Assembly: GCA_964057225.1 (NCBI GenBank)
Contig: OZ059899.1
Location: forward strand, 248,001-312,000
Source: Auanema rhodensis
Taxonomy: Eukaryota > Animalia > Nematoda
Reading direction: 5' to 3'
Length of the DNA stretch: 64,000 nt
Each line of letters starts with the position of its first letter. Within the stretch, counting starts at the first letter, position 1. A program made the translations under genes and the position numbers. Below the pieces are notes generated by a model that had not been told where the DNA came from, made no database searches, and saw only the letters and a program-made list of their open reading frames with translations. This document shows positions 43,457 through 55,900 of this stretch, in pieces.

Positions 43457-46400
43457 CAATATCAATAAAAATTTGTTTTTAGACTAATATGGACATGGGG
43501 AATCTAATTTTGAAAACCGCATCTCTTTATCTTTCGCGTGAAGCGAGTTACATACCAGGTGCACATCACGTGTACATTTAATTAGCATAAATTAAAGTTC
43601 ACGTAAATTTCAAAGTCATGGTTACCATGCACCAATATCAATAAAAATTTGTTTTTAGACTAATATGGACATGGGGAATCTAATTTTGAAAACCGCATCA
43701 CTTTATCTTTCACGTGAAGCGAGTTACATACCAAGTGCACATCACGTGTACATTTCATTAGCATAAATTAAAGTTCACGTAAAATTCAAAGTCATGGTTA
43801 CCATGCACCAATATCAATAAAAATTTGTTTTTAGACTAATATGGACATGGGGAATCTAATGTTGAAAACCGCATCTCTTTATCTTTCACGTGAAGCGAGT
43901 TACATACCAAGTGCACATCACGTGTACATTTAATTAGCATAAATTAAAGTTCACGTAAATTTCAAAGTCATGGTTACCATGCACCAATATCAATAAAAAT
44001 TTGTTTTTAGACTAATATGGACATGGGGAATCTAATTTTGAAAACCGCATCACTTTATCTTTCACGTGAAGCGAGTTACATACCAAGTGCACATCACGTG
44101 TACATTTAATTAGCATAAATTAAAGTTCACGTAAATTTCAAAGTCATGGTTACCATGCACCAATATCAATAAAAATTTGTTTTTAGACTAATATGGACAT
44201 GGGCAATCTAATTTTGAGAACCGCATCTCTTTATCTTTCACGTGAAGCGAGTTACATACCAAGTGCACATCACGTGTACATTTAATTAGCATAAATTAAA
44301 GTTCACGTAAATTTCAAAGTCATGGTTACCATGCACCAATATCAATAAAAATTTGTTTTTAGACTAATATGGACATGAGGAATCTAATTTTGAAAACCGC
44401 ATCTCTTTATCTTTCACGTGAAGCGAGTTACATACCAAGTGCACATCACGTGTACATTTAATTAGCATAAATTAAAGTTCACGTAAATTTCAAAGTCATG
44501 GTTACCATGCACCAATATCAATAAAAATTTGTTTTTAGACTAATATGGACATGAGGAATCTAATTTTGAAAACCGCATCTCTTTATCTTTCACGTGAAGC
44601 GAGTTACATACCAAGTGCACATCACGTGTACATTTAATTAGCATAAATTAAAGTTCACGTAAATTTCAAAGTCATGGTTACCATGCACCAATATCAATAA
44701 AAATTTGTTTTTAGACTAATATGGACATGAGGAATCTAATTTTGAAAACCGCATCTCTTTATCTTTCACGTGAAGCGAGTTACATACCAAGTGCACATCA
44801 CGTGTACATTTAATTAGCATAAATTAAAGTTCACGTAAATTTCAAAATCGTGGTTACCATGCACCAATATCATTAAAAATTCGTTTTTAGACTAATATAG
44901 ACATGGGGAATCTAATTTTGAAAACCGCATCTCTTTATCTTTCACGTGAAGCGAGTTACATACCAAGTGCACATCACGTGTACATTTAATTAGCATAAAT
45001 TAAAGTTCACGTAAATTTCAAAGTCATGGTTACCATGCACCAATATCAATAAAAATTTGTTTTTAGACTAATATGGACATGGGGAATCTAATTTTGAAAA
45101 CCGCATATCTTTATCTTTCACGTGAAGCGAGTTACATACCAAGTGCACATCACGTGTACATTTAATTAGCATAAATTAAAGTTCACGTAAATTTCAAAGT
45201 CGTGGTTACCATGCACCAATATCAATAAAAATTCGTTTTTAGACTAATATGGACATGGGGAATCTAACTTTGAAAACCGCATCTCTTTATCTTTCACGTG
45301 AAGCGAGTTACATACCAAGTGCACATCACGTGTACATTTAATTAGCATAAATTAAAGTTCACGTAAATTTCAAAGTCATGGTTACCATGCACCAATATCA
45401 ATAAAAATTTGTTTTTAGACTAATATGGACATGAGGAATCTAATTTTGAAAACCGCATCTCTTTATCTTTCACGTGAAGCGAGTTACATACCAAGTGCAC
45501 ATCACGTGTACATTTAATTAGCATAAACTAAAGTTCACGTAAATTTCAAAGTCATGGTTACCATGCACCAATATCAATAAAAATTTGTTTTTAGACTAAT
45601 ATGGACATGGGCAATCTAATTTTGAGAACCGCATCTCTTTATCTTTCACGTGAAGCGAGTTACATACCAAGTGCTCATCACGTGTACATTTAATTAGCAT
45701 AAATTAAAGTTCACGTAAATTTCAAAGTCATGGTTACCATGCACCAATATCAATAAAAATTTGTTTTTAGACTAATATGGACATGGGGAATCTAATTTTG
45801 AAAACCGCATCTCTTTATCTTTCGCGTGAAGCGAGTTACATACCAGGTGCACATCACGTGTACATTTAATTAGCATAAATTAAAGTTCACGTAAATTTCA
45901 AAGTCATGGTTACCATGCACCAATATCAATAAAAATTTGTTTTTAGACTAATATGGACATGGGGAATCTAATTTTAAAAACCGCATCACTTTATCTTTCA
46001 CGTGAAGCGAGTTACATACCAAGTGCACATCACGTGTACATTTCATTAGCATAAATTAAAGTTCACGTAAAATTCAAAGTCATGGTTACCATGCACCAAT
46101 ATCAATAAAAATTTGTTTTTAGACTAATATGGACATGGGGAATCTAATGTTGAAAACCGCATCTCTTTATCTTTCACGTGAAGCGAGTTACATACCAAGT
46201 GCACATCACGTGTACATTTAATTAGCATAAATTAAAGTTCACGTAAATTTCAAAGTCATGGTTACCATGCACCAATATCAATAAAAATTTGTTTTTAGAC
46301 TAATATGGACATGGGGAATCTAATTTTGAAAACCGCATCTCTTTATCTTTCGCGTGAAGCGAGTTACATACCAGGTGCACATCACGTGTACATTTAATTA

Positions 46401-49088
46401 GCATAAATTAAAGTTCACGTAAATTTCAAAGTCATGGTTACCATGCACCAATATCAATAAAAATTTGTTTTTAGACTAATATGGACATGGGGAATCTAAT
46501 TTTGAAAACCGCATCACTTTATCTTTCACGTGAAGCGAGTTACATACCAAGTGCACATCACGTGTACATTTCATTAGCATAAATTAAAGTTCACGTAAAA
46601 TTCAAAGTCATGGTTACCATGCACCAATATCAATAAAAATTTGTTTTTAGACTAATATGGACATGGGGAATCTAATGTTGAAAACCGCATCTCTTTATCT
46701 TTCACGTGAAGCGAGTTACATACCAAGTGCACATCACGTGTACATTTAATTAGCATAAATTAAAGTTCACGTAAATTTCAAAGTCATGGTTACCATGCAC
46801 CAATATCAATAAAAATTTGTTTTTAGACTAATATGGACATGGGGAATCTAATTTTGAAAACCGCATCACTTTATCTTTCACGTGAAGCGTGTTACATACC
46901 AAGTGCACATCACGTGTACATTTAATTAGCATAAATTAAAGTTCACGTAAATTTCAAAGTCATGGTTACCATGCACCAATATCAATAAAAATTTGTTTTT
47001 AGACTAATATGGACATGGGCAATCTAATTTTGAGAACCGCATCTCTTTATCTTTCACGTGAAGCGAGTTACATACCAAGTGCACATCACGTGTACATTTA
47101 ATTAGCATAAATTAAAGTTCACGTAAATTTCAAAGTCATGGTTACCATGCACCAATATCAATAAAAATTTGTTTTTAGACTAATATGGACATGAGGAATC
47201 TAATTTTGAAAACCGCATCTCTTTATCTTTCACGTGAAGCGAGTTACATACCAAGTGCACATCACGTGTACATTTAATTAGCATAAATTAAAGTTCACGT
47301 AAATTTCAAAGTCATGGTTACCATGCACCAATATCAATAAAAATTTGTTTTTAGACTAATATGGACATGAGGAATCTAATTTTGAAAACCGCATCTCTTT
47401 ATCTTTCACGTGAAGCGAGTTACATACCAAGTGCACATCACGTGTACATTTAATTAGCATAAATTAAAGTTCACGTAAATTTCAAAGTCATGGTTACCAT
47501 GCACCAATATCAATAAAAATTTGTTTTTAGACTAATATGGACATGAGGAATCTAATTTTGAAAACCGCATCTCTTTATCTTTCACGTGAAGCGAGTTACA
47601 TACCAAGTGCACATCACGTGTACATTTAATTAGCATAAATTAAAGTTCACGTAAATTTCAAAATCGTGGTTACCATGCACCAATATCATTAAAAATTCGT
47701 TTTTAGACTAATATAGACATGGGGAATCTAATTTTGAAAACCGCATCTCTTTATCTTTCACGTGAAGCGAGTTACATACCAAGTGCACATCACGTGTACA
47801 TTTAATTAGCATAAATTAAAGTTCACGTAAATTTCAAAGTCATGGTTACCATGCACCAATATCAATAAAAATTTGTTTTTAGACTAATATGGACATGGGG
47901 AATCTAATTTTGAAAACCGCATATCTTTATCTTTCACGTGAAGCGAGTTACATACCAAGTGCACATCACGTGTACATTTAATTAGCATAAATTAAAGTTC
48001 ACGTAAATTTCAAAGTCGTGGTTACCATGCACCAATATCAATAAAAATTCGTTTTTAGACTAATATGGACATGGGGAATCTAACTTTGAAAACCGCATCT
48101 CTTTATCTTTCACGTGAAGCGAGTTACATACCAAGTGCACATCACGTGTACATTTAATTAGCATAAATTAAAGTTCACGTAAATTTCAAAGTCATGGTTA
48201 CCATGCACCAATATCAATAAAAATTTGTTTTTAGACTAATATGGACATGAGGAATCTAATTTTGAAAACCGCATCTCTTTATCTTTCACGTGAAGCGAGT
48301 TACATACCAAGTGCACATCACGTGTACATTTAATTAGCATAAACTAAAGTTCACGTAAATTTCAAAGTCATGGTTACCATGCACCAATATCAATAAAAAT
48401 TTGTTTTTAGACTAATATGGACATGGGCAATCTAATTTTGAGAACCGCATCTCTTTATCTTTCACGTGAAGCGAGTTACATACCAAGTGCTCATCACGTG
48501 TACATTTAATTAGCATAAATTAAAGTTCACGTAAATTTCAAAGTCATGGTTACCATGCACCAATATCAATAAAAATTTGTTTTTAGACTAATATGGACAT
48601 GGGGAATCTAATTTTGAAAACCGCATCTCTTTATCTTTCGCGTGAAGCGAGTTACATACCAGGTGCACATCACGTGTACATTTAATTAGCATAAATTAAA
48701 GTTCACGTAAATTTCAAAGTCATGGTTACCATGCACCAATATCAATAAAAATTTGTTTTTAGACTAATATGGACATGGGGAATCTAATTTTAAAAACCGC
48801 ATCACTTTATCTTTCACGTGAAGCGAGTTACATACCAAGTGCACATCACGTGTACATTTCATTAGCATAAATTAAAGTTCACGTAAAATTCAAAGTCATG
48901 GTTACCATGCACCAATATCAATAAAAATTTGTTTTTAGACTAATATGGACATGGGGAATCTAATGTTGAAAACCGCATCTCTTTATCTTTCACGTGAAGC
49001 GAGTTACATACCAAGTGCACATCACGTGTACATTTAATTAGCATAAATTAAAGTTCACGTAAATTTCAAAGTCATGGTTACCATGCAC
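43457..49088 (+). repeat. 16-monomer (2816 bp) tandem duplication
   Basis: CAAAATCG at 44847/47663. ATATAG, CATATC, AAACTA, GTGCTC, TTCGCG+CAGGT, ATCACT and AATGTT variants repeat at offset 2816. One difference noticed (GCGTG at about 46890). Confidence 0.93.
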
Positions 49089-51904
49089 CAATATCAATAA
49101 AAATTTGTTTTTAGACTAATATGGACATGGGGAATCTAATGTTGAAAACCGCATCTCTTTATCTTTCACGTGAAGCGAGTTACATACCAAGTGCACATCA
49201 CGTGTACATTTAATTAGCATAAATTAAAGTTCACGTAAATTTCAAAGTCATGGTTACCATGAACCAATATCAATAAAAATTTGTTTTTTGACTAATATGG
49301 ACATGGGGAATCTAATTTTGAAAACCGCATCTCTTTATCTTTCACGTGAAGCGAGTTACATACCAAGTGCACATCACGTGTACATTTAATTAGCATAAAT
49401 TAAAGTTCACGTAAATTTCAAAGTCATGGTTACCATGCACCAATATCAATAAAAATTTGTTTTTAGACTAATATGGACATGAGGAATCTAATTTTGAAAA
49501 CCGCATCTCTTTATCTTTCACGTGAAGCGAGTTACATACCAAGTGCACATCACGTGTACATTTAATTAGCATAAATTAAAGTTCACGTAAATTTCAAAGT
49601 CATGGTTACCATGCACCAATATCAATAAAAATTTGTTTTTAGACTAATATGGACATGAGGAATCTAATTTTGAAAACCGCATCTCTTTATCTTTCACGTG
49701 AAGCGAGTTACATACCAAGTGCACATCACGTGTACATTTAATTAGCATAAATTAAAGTTCACGTAAATTTCAAAGTCATGGTTACCATGCACCAATATCA
49801 ATAAAAATTTGTTTTTAGACTAATATGGACATGGGGAATCTAATTTTGAAAACCGCATCTCTTTATCTTTCACGTGAAGCGAGTTACATACCAAGTGCAC
49901 ATCACGTGTACATTTAATTAGCATAAATTAAAGTTCACGTAAATTTCAAAGTCATGGTTACCATGAACCAATATCAATAAAAATTTGTTTTTTGACTAAT
50001 ATGGACATGGGGAATCTAATTTTGAAAACCGCATCTCTTTATCTTTCACGTGAAGCGAGTTACATACCAAGTGCACATCACGTGTACATTTAATTAGCAT
50101 AAATTAAAGTTCACGTAAATTTCAAAGTCATGGTTACCATGCACCAATATCAATAAAAATTTGTTTTTAGACTAATATGGACATGAGGAATCTAATTTTG
50201 AAAACCGCATCTCTTTATCTTTCACGTGAAGCGAGTTACATACCAAGTGCACATCACGTGTACATTTAATTAGCATAAATTAAAGTTCACGTAAATTTCA
50301 AAGTCATGGTTACCATGAACCAATATCAATAAAAATTTGTTTTTTGACTAATATGGACATGGGGAATCTAATTTTGAAAACCTCATCTCTTTATCTTTCA
50401 CGTGAAGCGAGTTACATACCAAGTGCACATCACGTGTACATTTAATTAGCATAAATTAAAGTTCACGTAAATTTCAAAGTCATGGTTACCATGCACCAAT
50501 ATCAATAAAAATTTGTTTTTAGACTAATATGGACATGAGGAATCTAATTTTGAAAACCGCATCTCTTTATCTTTCACGTGAAGCGAGTTACATACCAAGT
50601 GCACATCACGTGTACATTTAATTAGCATAAATTAAAGTTCACGTAAATTTCAAAGTCATGGTTACCATGCACCAATATCAATAAAAATTTGTTTTTAGAC
50701 TAATATGGACATGAGGAATCTAATTTTGAAAACCGCATCTCTTTATCTTTCACGTGAAGCGAGTTACATACCAAGTGCACATCACGTGTACATTTAATTA
50801 GCATAAATTAAAGTTCACGTAAATTTCAAAGTCATGGTTACTATGCACCAATATCAATAAAAATTTGTTTTTAGACTAATATGGACATGAGGAATCTAAT
50901 TTTGAAAACCGCATCTCTTTATCTTTCACGTGCAGCGAGTTACATACCAAGTGCACATCACGTGTACATTTAATTAGCATAAATTAAAGTTCACGTAAAT
51001 TTCAAAGTCATGGTTACCATGCACCAATATCAATAAAAATTTGTTTTTAGACTAATATGGACATGGGGAATCTAATTTTGAAAACCGCATCTCTTTATAT
51101 TTCACGTGAAGCGAGTTACATACCAAGTGCACATCACGTGTACATTTAATTAGCATAAATTAAAGTTCACGTAAATTTCAAAGTCATGGTTACCACGAAC
51201 CAATATCAATAAAAATTTGTTTTTAGACTAATATGGACATGGGGAATCTAATTTTGAAAACCGCATCTCTTTATCTTTCACGTGAAGCGAGTTACATACC
51301 AAGTGCACATCACGTGTACATTTAATTAGCATAAATTAAAGTTCACGTAAATTTCAAAGTCATGGTTACCATGCACCAATATCAATAAAAATTTGTTTTT
51401 AGACTAATATGGACATGGGGAATCTAATTTTGAAAACCGCATCTCTTTATCTTCCACGTGAAGCGAGTTACATACCAAGTGCACATCACGTGTACATTTA
51501 ATTAGCATAAATTAAAGTTCACGTAAATTTCAAAGTCATGGTTACCATGCACCAATATCAATAAAAATTTGTTTTTAGACTAATATGGACATGGGGAATC
51601 TAATTTTGAAAACCGCATCTCTTTATCTTCCACGTGAAGCGAGTTACATACCAAGTGCACATCACGTGTACATTTAATTAGCATAAATTAAAGTTCACGT
51701 AAATTTCAAAGTCATGGTTACCATGCACCAATATCAAAAAAAATCTGTTTTTAGACTAATATGGACATGGGGAATCTAATTTTGAAAACCGCATCTCTTT
51801 ATCTTTCACGTGAAGCGAGTTACATACCAAGTGCACATCACGTGTACATTTAATTAGCATAAATTAAAGTTCACGTAAATTTCAAAGTCATGGTTACCAT
51901 GCAC

Positions 51905-52960
51905 CAATATCAATAAAAATTTGTTTTTAGACTAATATGGACATGGGGAATCTAATTTTGAAAACCGCATCTCTTTATCTTTCACGTGAAGCGAGTTACA
52001 TATCAAGTGCACATCACGTGTACATTTAATTAGCATAAATTAAAGTTCACGTAAATTTCAAAGTCATGGTTACCATTAACCAATATCAATAAAAATTTGT
52101 TTTTAGACTAATATGGACATGGGGAATCTAATTTTGAAAACCGCATCTCTTTATCTTTCACGTGAAGCGAGTTACATACCAAGTGCACATCACGTGTACA
52201 TTTAATTAGCATAAATTAAAGTTCACGTAAATTTCAAAGTCATGGTTACCATGCACCAATATCAATAAAAATTTGTTTTTAGACTAATATGGACATGGGC
52301 AATCTAATTTTGAAAACCGCATCTCTTTATCTTTCAAGTGAAGCGAGTTACATACCAAGTGCACATCACGTGTACATTTAATTAGCATAAATTAAAGTTC
52401 ACGTAAATTTCAAAGTCATGGTTACCATGCACCAATATCAATAAAAATTTGTTTTTAGACTAATATGGACATGGGGAATCTAATTTTGAAAACCGCATCT
52501 CTTTATCTTTCACGTGAAGCGAGTTACATATCAAGTGCACATCACGTGTACATTTAATTAGCATAAATTAAAGTTCACGTAAATTTCAAAGTCATGGTTA
52601 CCATTAACCAATATCAATAAAAATTTGTTTTTAGACTAATATGGACATGGGGAATCTAATTTTGAAAACCGCATCTCTTTATCTTTCACGTGAAGCGAGT
52701 TACATACCAAGTGCACATCACGTGTACATTTAATTAGCATAAATTAAAGTTCACGTAAATTTCAAAGTCATGGTTACCATGCACCAATATCAATAAAAAT
52801 TTGTTTTTAGACTAATATGGACATGGGCAATCTAATTTTGAAAACCGCATCTCTTTATCTTTCAAGTGAAGCGAGTTACATACCAAGTGCACATCACGTG
52901 TACATTTAATTAGCATAAATTAAAGTTCACGTAAATTTCAAAGTCATGGTTACCATGCAC
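51905..52960 (+). repeat. 3-monomer (528 bp) tandem duplication abutting the left junction
   Basis: TATCAAG+CCATTAAC / consensus / GGGC+TTCAAGTG at 51905-52432 repeats at 52433-52960. Confidence 0.92.
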
Positions 52961-52985
52961 CAATATCAAAAATTTACGCGAACTT
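52961..52985. other. Left inversion junction (orientation A to inverted)
   Basis: ...CCATGCAC CAATATCAA|AAATTTACGCGAACTTT...: forward monomer positions 1-9 are joined to the reverse complement from position 154 with no inserted bases. The exact break is ambiguous within the A5 run. Confidence 0.97.
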
Positions 52986-55900
52986 TAATTTATGCTAATT
53001 AAATGTACACGTGATGTGCACTTGGTATGTAACTCGTTTCACGTGAAAGATAAAGAGATGCGGTTTTCAAAATTAGATTCCCCATGTCCATATTAGTCTA
53101 AAAACAAATTTTTATTGATATTGGTTAATGGTAACCATGACTTTGAAATTTACGTGAACTTTAATTTATGCTAATTAAATGTACACGTGATGTGCACTTG
53201 ATATGTAACTCGCTTCACGTGAAAGATAAAGAGATGCGGTTTTCAAAATTAGATTCCCCATGTCCATATTAGTCTAAAAACAAATTTTTATTGATATTGG
53301 TGCATGGTAACCATGACTTTGAAATTTACGTGAACTTTAATTTATGCTAATTAAATGTACACGTGATGTGCACTTGGTATGTAACTCGCTTCACGTGAAA
53401 GATAAAGAGATGCGGTTTTCAAAATTAGATTCCCCATGTCCATATTAGTCTAAAAACAGATTTTTATTGATATTGGTGCATGGTAACCATGACTTTGAAA
53501 TTTACGTGAACTTTAATTTATGCTAATTAAATGTACACGTGATGTGCACTTGGTATGTAACTCGCTTCACGTGAAAGATAAAGAGATGCGGTTCTCAAAA
53601 TTAGATTCCCCATGTCCATATTAGTCTAAAAACAAATTTTTATTGATATTGGTGCATGGTAACCATGACTTTGAAATTTACGTGAACTTTAATTTATGCT
53701 AATTAAATGTACACGTGATGTGCACTTGGTATGTAACTCGCTTCACGTGAAAGATAAAGAGATGCGGTTTTCAAAATTAGATTCCTCATGTACATATTAG
53801 TCTAAAAACAAATTTTTATTGATATTGGTGCATGGTAACCATGACTTTGAAATTTACGTGAACTTTAATTTATGCTAATTAAATGTACACGTGATGTGCA
53901 CTTGGTATGTAACTCGCTTCACGTGAAAGATAAAGAGATGCGGTTTTCAAAGTTAGATTCCCCATGTCCATATTAGTCTAAAAACAAATTTTTATTGATA
54001 TTGGTGCATGGTAACCATGACTTTGAAATTTACGTGAACTTTAATTTATGCTAATTAAATGTACACGTGATGTGCACTTGGTATGTAACTCGCTTCACTT
54101 GAAAGATAAAGAGATGCGGTTTTCAAAATTAGATTGCTCATGTCCATATTAGTCTAAAAACAAATTTTTATTGATATTGGTGCATGGTAACCATGACTTT
54201 GAAATTTACGTGAACTTTAATTTATGCTAATTAAATGTACACGTGATGTGCACTTGGTATGTAACTCGCTTCACGTGAAATATAAAGAGATGCGGTTTTC
54301 AAAATTAGATTCCCCATGTCCATATTAGTCTAAAAACAAATTTTTATTGATATTGGTGCATGGTAACCATGACTTTGAAATTTACGTGAACTTTAATTTA
54401 TGCTAATTAAATGTACACGTGATGTGCACTTGGTATGTAACTCGCTTCACGTGAAAGATAAAGAGATGCGGTTTTCAAAATTAGATTCCTCATGTACATA
54501 TTAGTCTAAAAACAAATTTTTATTGATATTGGTGCATGGTAACCATGACTTTGAAATTTACGTGAACTTTAATTTATGCTAATTAAATGTACACGTGATG
54601 TGCACTTGGTATGTAACTCGCTTCACGTGAAAGATAAAGAGATGCGGTTTTCAAAATTAGATTCCCCATGTCCATATTAGTCTAAAAACAAATTTTTATT
54701 GATATTGGTGCATGGTAACCATGACTTTGAAATTTACGTGAACTTTAATTTATGCTAATTAAATGTACACGTGATGTGCACTTGGTATGTAACTCGCTTC
54801 ACTTGAAAGATAAAGAGATGCGGTTTTCAAAATTAGATTGCCCATGTCCATATTAGTCTAAAAACAAATTTTTATTGATATTGGTGCATGGTAACCATGA
54901 CTTTGAAATTTACGTGAACTTTAATTTATGCTAATTAAATGTACACGTGATGTGCACTTGGTATGTAACTCGCTTCACGTGAAAGATAAAGAGATGCGGT
55001 TTTCAAAATTAGATTCCCCATGTCCATATTAGTCTAAAAACAAATTTTTATTGATATTGGTTAATGGTAACCATGACTTTGAAATTTACGTGAACTTTAA
55101 TTTATGCTAATTAAATGTACACGTGATGTGCACTTGATATGTAACTCGCTTCACGTGAAAGATAAAGAGATGCGGTTTTCAAAATTAGATTCCCCATGTC
55201 CATATTAGTCTAAAAACAAATTTTTATTGATATTGGTGCATGGTAACCATGACTTTGAAATTTACGTGAACTTTAATTTATGCTAATTAAATGTACACGT
55301 GATGTGCACTTGGTATGTAACTCGCTTCACGTGAAAGATAAAGAGATGCGGTTTTCAAAATTAGATTCCCCATGTCCATATTAGTCTAAAAACAGATTTT
55401 TTTTGATATTGGTGCATGGTAACCATGACTTTGAAATTTACGTGAACTTTAATTTATGCTAATTAAATGTACACGTGATGTGCACTTGGTATGTAACTCG
55501 CTTCACGTGGAAGATAAAGAGATGCGGTTTTCAAAATTAGATTCCCCATGTCCATATTAGTCTAAAAACAAATTTTTATTGATATTGGTGCATGGTAACC
55601 ATGACTTTGAAATTTACGTGAACTTTAATTTATGCTAATTAAATGTACACGTGATGTGCACTTGGTATGTAACTCGCTTCACGTGGAAGATAAAGAGATG
55701 CGGTTTTCAAAATTAGATTCCCCATGTCCATATTAGTCTAAAAACAAATTTTTATTGATATTGGTGCATGGTAACCATGACTTTGAAATTTACGTGAACT
55801 TTAATTTATGCTAATTAAATGTACACGTGATGTGCACTTGGTATGTAACTCGCTTCACGTGAAAGATAAAGAGATGCGGTTTTCAAAATTAGATTCCCCA

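Larger units (their letters stand above)
1..52969 (+). repeat. 176-bp tandem satellite array, orientation A (301 full monomers + 9 bp); probable centromeric/pericentromeric satellite, family not identified
   Basis: Consensus CAATATCAATAAAAATTTGTTTTTAGACTAATATGGACATGGGGAATCTAATTTTGAAAACCGCATCTCTTTATCTTTCACGTGAAGCGAGTTACATACCAAGTGCACATCACGTGTACATTTAATTAGCATAAATTAAAGTTCACGTAAATTTCAAAGTCATGGTTACCATGCAC recurs at 1, 177, 353 and onward. The monomer start at 52961 equals 1+301x176-16, and the -16 matches the small indels seen. Most copies differ from consensus by 0-5 bases. The strand label is arbitrary and the centromeric role is inference. Confidence 0.99.

Noticed and set aside
52961-52985. Fold-back (chimeric read) artefact as the explanation of the strand switch
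   Set aside because: Sequence right of the junction is not the mirror of sequence left of it: the variants differ, the symmetry centre is offset by about 600 bp, and a register-matched second junction exists. Read support should still be checked.
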